Below are positions 28,564-38,788 of a DNA stretch of 64,000 nucleotides, piece after piece (positions within the stretch are counted from its first letter, which is position 1; the number at the start of each line of letters is the position of its first letter). This DNA is from Bdellovibrionales bacterium. Lineage in GTDB: Bacteria > Bdellovibrionota > Bdellovibrionia > Bdellovibrionales > UBA1609. Where the stretch lies: NCBI GenBank assembly GCA_965199825.1, contig OZ241329.1, positions 1,088,001 to 1,152,000 on the forward strand, given 5' to 3'. The notes beneath the pieces are model-generated. The model did not search any database, was not told the DNA's origin, and was given only the letters and a program-made list of their open reading frames with translations. The translations under genes were made by a program, and so were the position numbers.

Positions 28564-29839
28564 GCTTTTTGCTTTTTGTTTTTTAATTCAAGCCCAAGCT
28601 TATACAAACAAGCCCGCAAGCAGCCGATATCTGCCGAGTGGCCACTGGTTGACGTGTTGGGGCGGAAGCGATTACGCGATCCGAAAAGATCCGCACTTTA
28701 ACAAAAACTCTTCCGAAGACGAGGTTGCAAGCTACATTCCCCGTTTTACGGGATCTTATCCATTTGAAGTCAAAGACACCTGGATCGAACTCATTACGCA
28801 CAGTGGAACAGATTGTGGACACTGCGGACAAACTTGTACCACCACAAAACAGGGCACAACTTGTGTTTGCAACAGCTGCTCGTGGCAGACCAAAGAGACT
28901 GCCTACCGACATTGGTCAAACCAAAAAGTCAATTGGGAGGTTCATTGGGCTCAAGATCCCAATTATCGCGCAATGAGAAAAAACTGGCTGGCTCAAGGTC
29001 AACCCCAAATCGGACGGTCGGTTAAAGATTTAGATAAACTTTTATTGTTTGATCCCGAAAGACCACTCGAATATTTCTTGTTCCCTGGTGAAGCCGAGAC
29101 GATTGAGATCTCCAATGGTTGGGGAGGAACCAAGCTCACTCCTACCGTAAGTATCCAAAAAGCTCGGCACGAATATAGTATTCATGTGAATACAAACGTC
29201 GGCCCCAACGCCGACTGTGATGACAGAGACATTCAAGTGTCAGCGTCTGTTCGGACTGGAAAGCGCATCCGAGGCCCAACACCAAATAGCATTGAATTTC
29301 GAAAGGGATGGGCGGTTGGACCACAAAATGAAAATGGCGAGTTTACCCAAGAACCCGCAGAGTTTTTGCTCACCGATATTTCGGCTGAAAGATATGAGGC
29401 CCAAAATATTTTTGATAATTATAAAGATTCACGCATTCAGGTTGAACTGTGGCAGCTCAACCGGGTGTTGTGGGCGATCGATGGCCGGGTGAGCTCAAAG
29501 TTTCAGGTGCAAGACAATCTCAGCATATTAAAATGGACCGATGATGGTTTAACACCGCCCGTTGCGACGTACGACATTAAGGCCGATGATCTTTATCGAA
29601 CACGATGGTTCGAAGCGCCATTTCATCTCACATACAATGAAACTTACGAGGTGTGTACGAAGGTCATCCGCAATAACAATATTTATTATAACACCAAGAT
29701 GTTTTATTTTTTTGATCAATGGTCTGAATCAAATTGTTCGTTGTTTGTTTACAATCCTCCCGATCAAAACGACTTAAGAACTTGGGGTCGTAAAAAACGT
29801 GATTTTTTATCGAGACTTGTAGGGTTTGGTTTTTTTTAA
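28547..29839 (+). CDS. Secreted Cys-rich, beta-rich hypothetical protein
   Basis: Signal peptide ending AQA; CGHCGQTC...CVCNSC cluster. Confidence 0.75.
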   Translation: MKAFIKLFAFCFLIQAQAYTNKPASSRYLPSGHWLTCWGGSDYAIRKDPHFNKNSSEDEVASYIPRFTGSYPFEVKDTWIELITHSGTDCGHCGQTCTTTKQGTTCVCNSCSWQTKETAYRHWSNQKVNWEVHWAQDPNYRAMRKNWLAQGQPQIGRSVKDLDKLLLFDPERPLEYFLFPGEAETIEISNGWGGTKLTPTVSIQKARHEYSIHVNTNVGPNADCDDRDIQVSASVRTGKRIRGPTPNSIEFRKGWAVGPQNENGEFTQEPAEFLLTDISAERYEAQNIFDNYKDSRIQVELWQLNRVLWAIDGRVSSKFQVQDNLSILKWTDDGLTPPVATYDIKADDLYRTRWFEAPFHLTYNETYEVCTKVIRNNNIYYNTKMFYFFDQWSESNCSLFVYNPPDQNDLRTWGRKKRDFLSRLVGFGFF

Positions 29840-29842
29840 GAG

Positions 29843-30967
29843 GTGATCCACATGATCCTGTTTTATCTTTTTTCGTTTTGGATTAATGCAGCTCCACTCA
29901 GCGATCTGCAAACCGACAATTTGTGTCGTGCTCAAGATCTTGCGGCGGACCCTCTCCATAAAAATTCTCTGATCTCGAATTCTCCTTGGAAAGATTTGAT
30001 CTCTGAAAATTCTCTGTTTGATCCTTTGAAAATGTCTCAAACTCTTTCTCTATCTCATCTTGTTCGCGATGGGCTCACCTCTGAACACATCGTAAACATG
30101 TTGGCCGACGGATTTAAAAAAATACGCCTGAACGAGATGGAAGCCATCGAGCGGGGCGAAATCAAACCGATTGTTGAAGGCCGATCTTATACCCATCAAG
30201 AACTCAAACGGCGCAAAAAAACCTTGGATGATTTTTATAAAAAATATGTCGAGCCGGTTTTGCAGAATACCTATCGCTATTATTTAAGTGTTCATACACG
30301 GCGAGAAGAATTGCGTAAAAATGCGGGCGCACCACAGGATATCCAAAAAGCGGTTTCACTCGTAAATGATCAGGTCGATTTTTTAAATAAAAATTTAAAA
30401 CGTATCTCACCCTCACTCGTGGAGAAATTTGGAGAAATCCATACGGCAACCGCTGAGAATTTGACCTTGAGCTATCGTGATGGCTTCGTGGTTAAGATTC
30501 AGTTTGGTGATGTAACTTTTTATCCCCGTATGATCGCCAACCAAATTTTGGGAGAGGACGATTATTTTTTGCGTGGGATGAATGAATGGGTCAAATACAC
30601 AAAGGCACAAGCTCACAGTGGCTCAGCATCTGCGGCGCAGGCGGCAGAACTTGCACTTCAACATTTTGAAGGAGCCCAAAAAGTCCATAAGATCATGTCT
30701 TCAGTTTCTGAAAGCGATCTTGTGCAATTGATGGGACTGTTCTTTGAACTCAATAAAAAAAATATTCCGCAATGCGACCGGGTCATTGCTAAGCTCAACG
30801 AACGGCTTAAAAAGAAGTTGGGAGATAACAAAACTTCGCTCCGATTGGGTCCAGCCGATCGTTTAGAAGTTGAGAGCATGGCAAAGGATCTGGTTTTTTA
30901 TCAGGACATATTCAAAGTTTTTGCTGAGGCCGCTAGTCTTGCAAATCCGCCACTGTCTAAGCGCTGA
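29843..30967 (+). CDS. Secreted helical hypothetical protein
   Basis: Signal peptide ending WINA; starts 3 nt after the previous stop. Confidence 0.75.
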   Translation: MIHMILFYLFSFWINAAPLSDLQTDNLCRAQDLAADPLHKNSLISNSPWKDLISENSLFDPLKMSQTLSLSHLVRDGLTSEHIVNMLADGFKKIRLNEMEAIERGEIKPIVEGRSYTHQELKRRKKTLDDFYKKYVEPVLQNTYRYYLSVHTRREELRKNAGAPQDIQKAVSLVNDQVDFLNKNLKRISPSLVEKFGEIHTATAENLTLSYRDGFVVKIQFGDVTFYPRMIANQILGEDDYFLRGMNEWVKYTKAQAHSGSASAAQAAELALQHFEGAQKVHKIMSSVSESDLVQLMGLFFELNKKNIPQCDRVIAKLNERLKKKLGDNKTSLRLGPADRLEVESMAKDLVFYQDIFKVFAEAASLANPPLSKR

Positions 30968-30983
30968 CCAGATTCTTGAACTT

Positions 30984-31010
30984 TCAAGTCTAAAGTCTAA
31001 ACCCCGATAA
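30984..31010 (+). promoter_or_regulatory. Sigma28 (FliA)-like promoter
   Basis: TCAA-N15-CCCGATAA, ~30 nt before the 31040 start. Confidence 0.6.
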
Positions 31011-31039
31011 AAAGGTTTAGATCACTTGAAAGGAAATGA

Positions 31040-31819
31040 ATGAAAGTCTCGACCTTAGTATTGGTATTGTTCTCTACGGCCTTCATCGCGAATTGCAGTA
31101 AACAAGACGGAGGAAATTCAGAACCTCAAACGTTAGTGGCACAAGCTCGAGTGGCTCACTCGATAAATCAAGGTCTGCATCGCTTAAAGCTCAGTTCAGT
31201 GGTCAATGCTGTTATTCCATTTTTCGAAGAGCTCATTCAAAGTCCAAATGGTCAGATGAATTTAGGCTCGGTTGTTGTTGAGCCTTTGAATAATGGACAG
31301 AGCAAAATCAATTTAGATTTAGATCTTTCAACTTTAATCACTAACCCGCCCGAAGCTCTTTCTCTCAACGTTGAAGGCGTTGATGTGTCGAATGTGATAG
31401 GTCTTCCGGTTGGAAATTCTGGAAGTTCGGTTTTTTTTAGCGCAGTACATGATTTATTAGGTATTTCGATGTTCGTAAACAAAATGTCTTCGACAAGTGG
31501 GGCAATCAATACGCTGCTTCCACTTGTGCTCAACACTGCACAAAATGGCAATTCACTTTCTGGATTTACCGGGATTTTTAAAGGTGAGCAAAACGTGATT
31601 TCGATCTTTGCCGATATTGCGCCAATCTTAAATCAGATTCTTTCAGCACCGCCGCCACCCCAAGAACCAAAAATTGTTTCTGGACTCACTGACGTTGTAG
31701 GCGTTGTTGCTGGGGGTTATGTGGGTATTCACACCGGCTCGCCATTTTTAGGCACACTTGCAAATGGTTTAGTCCACCAAATGGTCAATGGTGTGGTTCG
31801 GGTTGTTGATCATCTTTGA
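31040..31819 (+). CDS. Hypothetical lipoprotein
   Basis: Lipobox-like FIANC; AAGGA RBS. Confidence 0.7.
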   Translation: MKVSTLVLVLFSTAFIANCSKQDGGNSEPQTLVAQARVAHSINQGLHRLKLSSVVNAVIPFFEELIQSPNGQMNLGSVVVEPLNNGQSKINLDLDLSTLITNPPEALSLNVEGVDVSNVIGLPVGNSGSSVFFSAVHDLLGISMFVNKMSSTSGAINTLLPLVLNTAQNGNSLSGFTGIFKGEQNVISIFADIAPILNQILSAPPPPQEPKIVSGLTDVVGVVAGGYVGIHTGSPFLGTLANGLVHQMVNGVVRVVDHL

Positions 31820-32091
31820 TTTTTGATATCGACCACAAGCCCATCAAAAGGCTCGAGCTGACAGCTGAGCCGTTCGAATCGCGAAAATTTGCGCATTTCA
31901 GCCATTTCTTGTTCGATCTCGGTACGAGGTTGAGCAATTTCGGTTTCAACAACGACTAAACAGGTTGTGCATGTGCCCATACCGCCACAACTATCAAAAA
32001 TTGGTATTTTATTTTTAAGAGCCACTTCTAAAACGGTTTTGCCTTTTCCGATTGGGACCGTTTTGGCCAAAGGGTAGAATTTCATTTTCAT
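31810..32091 (-). CDS. 2Fe-2S ferredoxin (adrenodoxin-type)
   Basis: SCGGMGTCTTC...RLSCQ. Confidence 0.9.
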   Translation of the reverse strand: MKMKFYPLAKTVPIGKGKTVLEVALKNKIPIFDSCGGMGTCTTCLVVVETEIAQPRTEIEQEMAEMRKFSRFERLSCQLEPFDGLVVDIKNQR

Positions 32092-32153
32092 GACTTTCAG
32101 TGTTGAAGAGATTCAATATTGAATCAAGCGATAGACTAGGTTTAAAAAGAGCC

Positions 32154-32768
32154 ATGCGATTTATAGCTTTCGATACCGAAACCACAGGTACTCTTCCAGG
32201 TGTAGACCGTATTGTCGAAATCGGTGCGGTGAGATTTAATCGCGGCGAAGTTGAGGCGGTGTATTCCACTTTGATTAACCCATTGATTCCGATGCCAGCG
32301 GGTGCAAGCGCGGTAAATGGAATTACGGACGAGATGCTTGTGGGAAAACCAACGATTGATACCTTGCTCGAATCTTTTGCCGAATTTTGTGGTGAAGATG
32401 TGATCGTGGCCCACAATGCACCTTTTGATTATGGATTTTTAACCGCTGATATCAAAAAACACGAAGCTAAGGCGGGTCGTGGTCCAATGTTTGATACCTA
32501 CTCATTATCTAAAAAAGTTTTCCCGGGTTTGGCAAATTATCGCCTTAGCACTTTGGTGGATCATCTTAAAATTGAAGCGGGCGAATTTCATAGAGCCGAG
32601 GCCGACGCTGCAGCTTGCGGCACTGTATTTATCCGGATGGTTGAAAAGATTTTTGGCCACGCCAATGAGCTGCCCCCATTCGAAAATCTCATTGCGCTCA
32701 GTGGACGAGAACCACTTAAATTTCCACAGATCATCCCACAGCCAAAGCAACTCGAACTTTTGTTTTAA
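32154..32768 (+). CDS. dnaQ: DEDDh 3'-5' exonuclease (DNA polymerase III epsilon-like)
   Basis: FDTETTG, VAHNAPFD, HRAEADA. Start moved to ATG 32154. Confidence 0.85.
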   Translation: MRFIAFDTETTGTLPGVDRIVEIGAVRFNRGEVEAVYSTLINPLIPMPAGASAVNGITDEMLVGKPTIDTLLESFAEFCGEDVIVAHNAPFDYGFLTADIKKHEAKAGRGPMFDTYSLSKKVFPGLANYRLSTLVDHLKIEAGEFHRAEADAAACGTVFIRMVEKIFGHANELPPFENLIALSGREPLKFPQIIPQPKQLELLF

Positions 32769-33109
32769 AGGGCTGAGGCCACAGAGTGATGAGCTCTTAG
32801 AAGTTTGGCCTCTGGATATTTCCAGCAGTACGATTCCTGTCCACAATCAAAATCAACAATGTAGAGGCCTTTTGGGTTTGCACCAAGTTTGCGAATCTTG
32901 CTGTACCAATTCGAAATCAAATCATTGATCTCTTTTTCGATAACCATAATTTGTTTTGTGAGATGAGCCGGAGTGGATTCAAGCTGGGTGATTTTTTTTT
33001 CGGTCAAGTCACTTGATTGTTTTGTAATGTGAAGGAGGATGGGCAAAAGGTCTTCAGCTTCGTGAAGATCAAATCCATTTCGACAATTGATCTTGATGAT
33101 CGGGGCCAA
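32765..33109 (-). CDS. DUF2203-family protein
   Basis: EAEDLLP...LGANPKGLYIVDFD....YCWKYPE. Confidence 0.75.
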   Translation of the reverse strand: MAPIIKINCRNGFDLHEAEDLLPILLHITKQSSDLTEKKITQLESTPAHLTKQIMVIEKEINDLISNWYSKIRKLGANPKGLYIVDFDCGQESYCWKYPEAKLLRAHHSVASAL

Positions 33110-33182
33110 TCCTTATCTCCTCATCTCAAGGATGCAGGAAAATTAAAAAAAGGTCGGCCGGAATTTGCTGAACTAGACCTTT

Positions 33183-34007
33183 TTAAGAGTCCATCCCTTT
33201 TGTGATCTGCAGAGTTTGTCCGCCGATGAGCAAAAGAAGAGTAATGACAATGGCGGCAATAATTAAAAACCTGAGATAAGTCCCAAAGCTCCATTCCTCG
33301 CCGTCTTGAATCGCCAGGTCTTTGGATATGCCCTTTTTTCTTACCAGCATTCGATCGCCTACCTTCGTTCCCGTTGGCGAAGATACTTTTACAAGATTTG
33401 TGGTGCGTTCTTCTGAATCTTTTCCGCGACGATCAACATAAAATTCACCTTCTAAATAGCGATTATTTGCGCCTGCGTTTCCACCCTTTGAATTTAATGC
33501 CGATCCAGGGATCGAACTTCCAGAACTTCCAGTGTAGCGGGCATTCTTTTTACTAAAGTCATCATCGACAGATCCTTGATTCGAGCCGCGCGATCCCGAA
33601 CTTTGCGAAGCGCTGCTACTGCGAACCGGAATATTGCTTGCGCTGGAGGATTCATTTTCGCTTTTTGTGGGCCGACTTGTTTGCGATAAAGAACTCGACG
33701 AACTCGATGAGCCTGATTTTCCCGAAGAGCCGCTGGCATTTTGGGCGAGAGATTTACCATCGCTCAATGAGAATGGTTTATAAGTTGCCGCACAAGATTG
33801 CCCATTAGCACCGGGATTACCTTGAGCCGACATCAATTCGCCAGTCTCTAATAAACAGGCAAGGTAATTGCCAAAATAATTTTCGGCATAGGATTTAAAT
33901 GCATCATTAAACTGATACACAACCCCAATGATGATCGCGACAGTGATCATCACCACCAAAATATATTCCAACATCACTTGGCCCGATTGGTTATTTAAAC
34001 GCTTCAT
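33183..34007 (-). CDS. Flp/TadE-like pilin-leader membrane protein with a Ser-rich linker
   Basis: SGQVMLEYIL prepilin-like cleavage motif plus TM helix; C-terminal TM; divergent from the flp cluster. Confidence 0.7.
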   Translation of the reverse strand: MKRLNNQSGQVMLEYILVVMITVAIIIGVVYQFNDAFKSYAENYFGNYLACLLETGELMSAQGNPGANGQSCAATYKPFSLSDGKSLAQNASGSSGKSGSSSSSSSLSQTSRPTKSENESSSASNIPVRSSSASQSSGSRGSNQGSVDDDFSKKNARYTGSSGSSIPGSALNSKGGNAGANNRYLEGEFYVDRRGKDSEERTTNLVKVSSPTGTKVGDRMLVRKKGISKDLAIQDGEEWSFGTYLRFLIIAAIVITLLLLIGGQTLQITKGMDS

Positions 34008-34024
34008 GTCTTACCTTGAGATAT

Positions 34025-34153
34025 TGATCGGTCAAAAACTGTCGCTTCTTTAGACAGATGACTAGCGCATTTCGGCTAAACAGATTTAAGTCGAGATAAA
34101 GTCTGTATAGTTGTTGCTAGAGTCCTTATGTCATCTGAGCTAGTGGCCGATAA
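34025..34153. promoter_or_regulatory. Divergent sigma28-like promoters
   Basis: Minus: TAAA-N16-ACCGATCA (34052-34025). Plus: TTATG-N15-GCCGATAA (34126-34153), before flp. Confidence 0.55.
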
Positions 34154-34169
34154 ATTAACGGGGGAACAT

Positions 34170-34358
34170 ATGAAAAACATAATGAATTTAGCAAAACGAA
34201 TTCTTAAAGATGAATCTGCTCAGGGAGCAACCGAGTACATCTTGTTACTTGTGATCGTTGTTGGTCTAGCAATGCTCTTTAAAGGCAAGATCATGGAAAT
34301 GGTGACCGGTAAACTCGACGAATTAAAAACTTCGTTAGGAACAGTAACAAGCAGCTAA
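34170..34358 (+). CDS. flp: Flp family type IVc (Tad) pilin
   Basis: KDESAQGATEYILLL Flp motif; GGGG RBS before ATG 34170. Confidence 0.9.
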   Translation: MKNIMNLAKRILKDESAQGATEYILLLVIVVGLAMLFKGKIMEMVTGKLDELKTSLGTVTSS

Positions 34359-34552
34359 TGACTCTAGAATCCATCTTACTTCTTTGCTTGTATGCTTTTG
34401 TGGTTCTTGGAGCTTTTTTAGGCCCCAAGGGCCCGCTCTCGACATTTCAAACTTCTGCACCTCGACTCGCAGCTAGGGTCGAGCGCAATGTCACAACCGC
34501 AATTGGTTTTCGTACTTTGCAAAATAAAAATTGGGAATATGATAGTCCTTAA
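34358..34552 (+). CDS. Small pilin-like protein of the Tad cluster
   Basis: TLESILL plus hydrophobic helix; overlaps flp by 1 nt. Confidence 0.6.
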   Translation: MTLESILLLCLYAFVVLGAFLGPKGPLSTFQTSAPRLAARVERNVTTAIGFRTLQNKNWEYDSP

Positions 34553-35031
34553 TGATCTTACCCACGCTCATCCTTTTAAGCGGCGTTATTGATGATTTGC
34601 GCTGTCGCAAAGTCCATAATATATTAGTTTTATTTTGTTTACTCGCAGCACTCACCACTGTTGGCATACAATCAGGTTATATGGCCTTACCGTATGCTCT
34701 CCTTTCTGGTGTGATCACACTTATCATTTGCTTGCCGCTCGTGATTGCCCAGGTCATGGGGGCGGGCGACATGAAGCTTCTGATGGCGTTTGCGGTGGCG
34801 ACCGGTTGGTCCAGTGCATTGTGGGTTTTGATCTATTCATTTTTATGGGGCGCTTTGCTTGGTGTCTTTAGAGCGATCTTGCGTGGTGAAGGCAGACTTT
34901 TATTATTTAGCACCATTCATGTGGCCATGCTCAAAAAGGCTTCACCGCTGCCACTCCAAAAAATTCCTTATACGGTGGCATTGTTGTTTGGTTGGCTTAC
35001 CCTGTTGTCATTGACCGGATTCAGAATATGA
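34552..35031 (+). CDS. cpaA: A24 prepilin peptidase (TadV/CpaA)
   Basis: DDLRCRKVHN, MGAGDMKL, IPY. Confidence 0.9.
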   Translation: MILPTLILLSGVIDDLRCRKVHNILVLFCLLAALTTVGIQSGYMALPYALLSGVITLIICLPLVIAQVMGAGDMKLLMAFAVATGWSSALWVLIYSFLWGALLGVFRAILRGEGRLLLFSTIHVAMLKKASPLPLQKIPYTVALLFGWLTLLSLTGFRI

Positions 35032-35285
35032 AACGACTCAAAAACAGTTCGGGTCAGTTTTTGGTCGAAGGAATTTTACTTCTCACTGTGTTAATGGCTT
35101 CAACAATTTTTATCGCAAAATATTTTAAAGAAAATAATTTAATTGCCCAATTGATTTCAGCCCCTTGGCAAAGTCTTTCGGGCATGTTGCAAAATGGGGT
35201 GTGGGCACCACCGGCAAAGTCGATGTCGCTTCATCCCAATAAATTTAATCGACACTCATCTCTAAAGGGTGAATCTCCCACATGA
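35028..35285 (+). CDS. TadE-like minor pilin
   Basis: From ATG 35028: MKRLKNSSGQFLVEGILL. Confidence 0.75.
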   Translation: MKRLKNSSGQFLVEGILLLTVLMASTIFIAKYFKENNLIAQLISAPWQSLSGMLQNGVWAPPAKSMSLHPNKFNRHSSLKGESPT

Positions 35286-35896
35286 GGTCCGAGCGGGGAT
35301 TTATCACGGTTGATTTCTTATTCGCCTTTGTTCTCGTGCTCTCATTTAGTGCTCTGTTGTTTGCACTCACTTTGACTTTGACGGTTGCTGAGATCACTCA
35401 ATACATCACATTTTCTGCGGCTCGAAATTACTATGCGGCTCATCAAGACGAAGCCGAGCAAGAGATGCTTGCAAGACAAAAGTTTTCACAATTGGTTGAT
35501 AATAAAGTTTTGAGTCCGCTTTATAAAAACGGTTGGTTTATTATTGATAAAACTTTAGAGCAGGGAACAAACATCAAAGATCTCTCTGTGGCCTACAAGG
35601 ATTACGCCGAAAGTGCGGGCGATCCCAATACCTTTTGGGGCGTGGGCACTTCATTTACCGCAAAAATTTTGGATTTTAATGTTCCCTTTTATGGCTCAAC
35701 CAATGATGGCAATACCGGAGGTTTTAAAACCTTTATTGCGAGCTATCTTGGGCGTGAGCCCACCGCGAGTGAGTGTTACAACTTTAATACTCAGCGCTGG
35801 GCAAGTATTCGGGCTCTCGATACGGGTGGTGCTGCTCCCTATTCTACTGGAACGGATCCCACAAAGTATGTGGTGGTAACAGACAATGGCTGCTAA
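35282..35896 (+). CDS. TadE/G-like minor pilin
   Basis: RGFITVDF plus TM, then AAR motif. Confidence 0.75.
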   Translation: MRSERGFITVDFLFAFVLVLSFSALLFALTLTLTVAEITQYITFSAARNYYAAHQDEAEQEMLARQKFSQLVDNKVLSPLYKNGWFIIDKTLEQGTNIKDLSVAYKDYAESAGDPNTFWGVGTSFTAKILDFNVPFYGSTNDGNTGGFKTFIASYLGREPTASECYNFNTQRWASIRALDTGGAAPYSTGTDPTKYVVVTDNGC

Positions 35897-36359
35897 CAAC
35901 CTTCGTTCACAAAATGGAAATGCAATGCTTGAGACTATTCCGCTGCTCGCAATTTTTGTGATGTTTGTGGGGTTTGGATTGGGACTTTTTGGATTTATTC
36001 ACACCGGAATTTTATATTCCATCGCCGCACGAGCGTACACGTCAGAAATTTTTCGTAATCGAACAAATTTAACCTATCACCGAGAAAATCTGAACGCGAT
36101 CTTAACCAACAAGCCCTTTGAAGGACGATATCATTTTATCCAGTCCGATACTGTGGCGGCTGCTGGAGACAAACCCATTGTTGCCACAGCACGACCGATT
36201 GCAATGGGAACCATGGCGCCAAAACTCCAGGCCAATAAAGATGTGCACAACAACAAGATCTTTTCGCTCGACGTTCGTAACCAAAATGTCGGGGTGAGTC
36301 CTGCTTGGGTGATGGTCGGGTATGGGATGTGCCTCAATGCCCATTGTGGCGGCGATTAA
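35886..36359 (+). CDS. TadE-like minor pilin
   Basis: NGNAMLETIP plus TM, then AAR motif. Confidence 0.75.
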   Translation: MAANNLRSQNGNAMLETIPLLAIFVMFVGFGLGLFGFIHTGILYSIAARAYTSEIFRNRTNLTYHRENLNAILTNKPFEGRYHFIQSDTVAAAGDKPIVATARPIAMGTMAPKLQANKDVHNNKIFSLDVRNQNVGVSPAWVMVGYGMCLNAHCGGD

Positions 36360-36392
36360 TCTGTCTCAATTTAAGAAATCTTTAGACCTCCC

Positions 36393-36420
36393 TAAACAGA
36401 ATGTTGAGTTGTTCCGATAC
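36393..36420 (+). promoter_or_regulatory. Sigma28-like promoter
   Basis: TAAA-N16-TCCGATAC upstream of cpaB. Confidence 0.45.
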
Positions 36421-36443
36421 GATATTAGGGAGTCTTTCTAGCT

Positions 36444-37328
36444 ATGAATCAAAATGAAACTCGCACCTTATGGATCAGCGTTGGCTCGGCTCTTTTTGCT
36501 GTGTTTTTACTTTATAGTTACACTCAAGAGAAAAGTGCGCAGCTCACCAAAAAATTTGGTGCTAAAGAAAACGTCGTTATCGCAAGCAAAGATATTATGG
36601 AAATGGAAACTATCGACGAGACCATGCTCCAAGTCGTTGAGCGTCCGGTTGATTTTATCCAGCCCCATGCGATCAAAGAACCCGAACGTGCAGTGGGTCT
36701 CGTAGCACTTGCTCCAATCAAAAAAGACGAACAAATTTTAGAAAGTAAAATCTTAGAGCCCGGTCCTGTTACAGGATTGTCGCTTCAAGTTTCGCCAACC
36801 AAACGTGCAGTCACAATTCCAATTGATGAAGTGCGCGGCATTGCAAAACTCTTAAAACCTGGCGACCGCATTGATTTAGTTGCAGCTCTGGATGTGGGTA
36901 AGGGTCCTTTGCAACACCGCGAAGTTCGAACTCTGATGGAAGATGTTCCAATACTCGCCACGGGTGTGCGAATTACTAATGAACTTCCACGCCTTTATGA
37001 AAAAATCGGCAAAGATGATTATATCAAAGATATCCGTGCAGACACCACATTCACAACGATCACGGTTGAGGCATCGCCAAAAGAATCACAAGATTTAATT
37101 TATATTTTGTCGACGGCTCCGGGATCTTTATTTCTAACACTCAGACATCCCTCGGATCACGCCAAACACTCACTCGGATCCACCACAGTCGAAGGAATTT
37201 TGGGAAAAGTTGATCCCAACCTGATCGAAGCTCAAGTGCGTATACCAGCTTCGCTCCCACCTCCGCCACCACCACCAAAGCCACAGCCCGAAAAACGCAA
37301 GAAAAAGGGGCCCTTTGTTGACTTATAA
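36444..37328 (+). CDS. cpaB: Flp pilus assembly protein CpaB/RcpC
   Basis: SAF domain VVIASKDI; RAVTIPID...LKPGDRIDL; Pro-rich tail. Confidence 0.9.
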   Translation: MNQNETRTLWISVGSALFAVFLLYSYTQEKSAQLTKKFGAKENVVIASKDIMEMETIDETMLQVVERPVDFIQPHAIKEPERAVGLVALAPIKKDEQILESKILEPGPVTGLSLQVSPTKRAVTIPIDEVRGIAKLLKPGDRIDLVAALDVGKGPLQHREVRTLMEDVPILATGVRITNELPRLYEKIGKDDYIKDIRADTTFTTITVEASPKESQDLIYILSTAPGSLFLTLRHPSDHAKHSLGSTTVEGILGKVDPNLIEAQVRIPASLPPPPPPPKPQPEKRKKKGPFVDL

Positions 37329-38775
37329 ACATCTTTTATTTTTATTTCTTTTTAGCTTTGCGGCTGTCGCTCAAGAAGTCGACGACATCATTCCTTTGAA
37401 TGTGGGTTTTCCCTCAGATAAAGTGATTGAGGATTTACCAAACGCCATCGACGTCGAAGGAACTTTTCGCAAAGTCACTCATGCCGAATACGATGCGGCC
37501 ACCAAGAGCATCCGATTTAATCCTTTTAAAGAAGGATCCGCTTCGTTTGTGATTAAAGAAAAAGGCTCAGGCAAGATTCTTTATAAATTTACTATTGATG
37601 CGCGTAAGACCGATTTGCAACGGGTGGCTAAAGAGATGCAAGCCCTGCTTGCAACCATCGAAGGCATCACCATTCGCATTATAAACAATAAAGTTGTGGT
37701 CGACGGACAAATTCTTTTGCCCACCGACATGAAGCGCATTCACAGTGTGGTCAAGCAATACGGAAACCTCGCGACCACGTTGGTGATTTTAAGTCCCATC
37801 GCACAAAATAAAATTGCCGAATTTATTGAACGCAAAATCAACAATCCAGAAATTCGTTGTAGCGCTGTAAACGGGAAATTTATTCTAGAAGGTTTTGCAA
37901 CAGACCAGCCTGAAAAAGATAAGTCCGAAATTATTGCCAAGATGTACATCCCCGATGTTGTGGTGGATGAGGCTGTTGCAGATAAAAAAGTATTAGAGCG
38001 CAAAGTGGATATGGTGATTAACCTCATCAACCTTCGTGCACCTCCCCAGCCCGAGCCCGCAAAGCTTGTGCAGATGGTGATCCACTATGTGGAATTGCAA
38101 AAAGATTATTCGCGCAGCTTTCGATTTCAGTGGACTCCTGATATTGGCGACGGATCCTCGGTTGGATTTTCAACCGGCGGAGCGGGTCAAGGTGGAGTGG
38201 TCTCAACCATCACCGGAACCATCAGTAATCTTTTGCCAAAATTAAATTGGGCTAAACAGCATGGTTTTGCTCGAGTGCTCCAGAGTTCAAGTTTGATCGT
38301 GCAAGATGGTAAGGCCGGGATCTTAAACTCAATCACTCGATTGCCTTACCAAGTTGTAAATGCTCAAGGCCAACCCTCAACCAATTTCGAAGAGACCGGG
38401 ATTAAAACAAATGTGACTCCAGAAATTATGGGGCAACGTTCGGACTCGGTAAAATTGGCTCTTAATTTTGCGGTAAAAAGTTTGATCAGTTACACCGCTC
38501 AAGGCCCCACAACTTCAAGCCGTGAGATGCAAACCACCATTCATGTAAAGAGTGGTGCGAGTGCAGCTGTGGGTGGATTGATCACTTCGGATACAGGAAC
38601 TGATTTTAATAAATTGCCTGCGAATGGCAGCACAAATCCTTTGATCTCTCTTTATGCTTCAAAAGATTTTCGCAATAACCAGAGTCAATTTGTGGTTTTT
38701 GTAACTCCAATTATTAAAAGCTCGGCCAGCACAGGATCAGATAAGATTAAGCAAAAATTTAGAATGTCCAACTAG
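37315..38775 (+). CDS. cpaC: BON-domain secretin (CpaC/RcpA-like)
   Basis: BON-like repeats and a C-terminal secretin domain ending FVVFVTP; position in the Tad cluster. Confidence 0.8.
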   Translation: MLTYKHLLFLFLFSFAAVAQEVDDIIPLNVGFPSDKVIEDLPNAIDVEGTFRKVTHAEYDAATKSIRFNPFKEGSASFVIKEKGSGKILYKFTIDARKTDLQRVAKEMQALLATIEGITIRIINNKVVVDGQILLPTDMKRIHSVVKQYGNLATTLVILSPIAQNKIAEFIERKINNPEIRCSAVNGKFILEGFATDQPEKDKSEIIAKMYIPDVVVDEAVADKKVLERKVDMVINLINLRAPPQPEPAKLVQMVIHYVELQKDYSRSFRFQWTPDIGDGSSVGFSTGGAGQGGVVSTITGTISNLLPKLNWAKQHGFARVLQSSSLIVQDGKAGILNSITRLPYQVVNAQGQPSTNFEETGIKTNVTPEIMGQRSDSVKLALNFAVKSLISYTAQGPTTSSREMQTTIHVKSGASAAVGGLITSDTGTDFNKLPANGSTNPLISLYASKDFRNNQSQFVVFVTPIIKSSASTGSDKIKQKFRMSN

Positions 38776-38788
38776 AGGTACTTCGTCG

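Noticed and set aside
6232..31000. Integrative island or prophage at tRNA-Asn
   Set aside because: No integrase, phage genes or duplicated tRNA 3' end was seen in the window.
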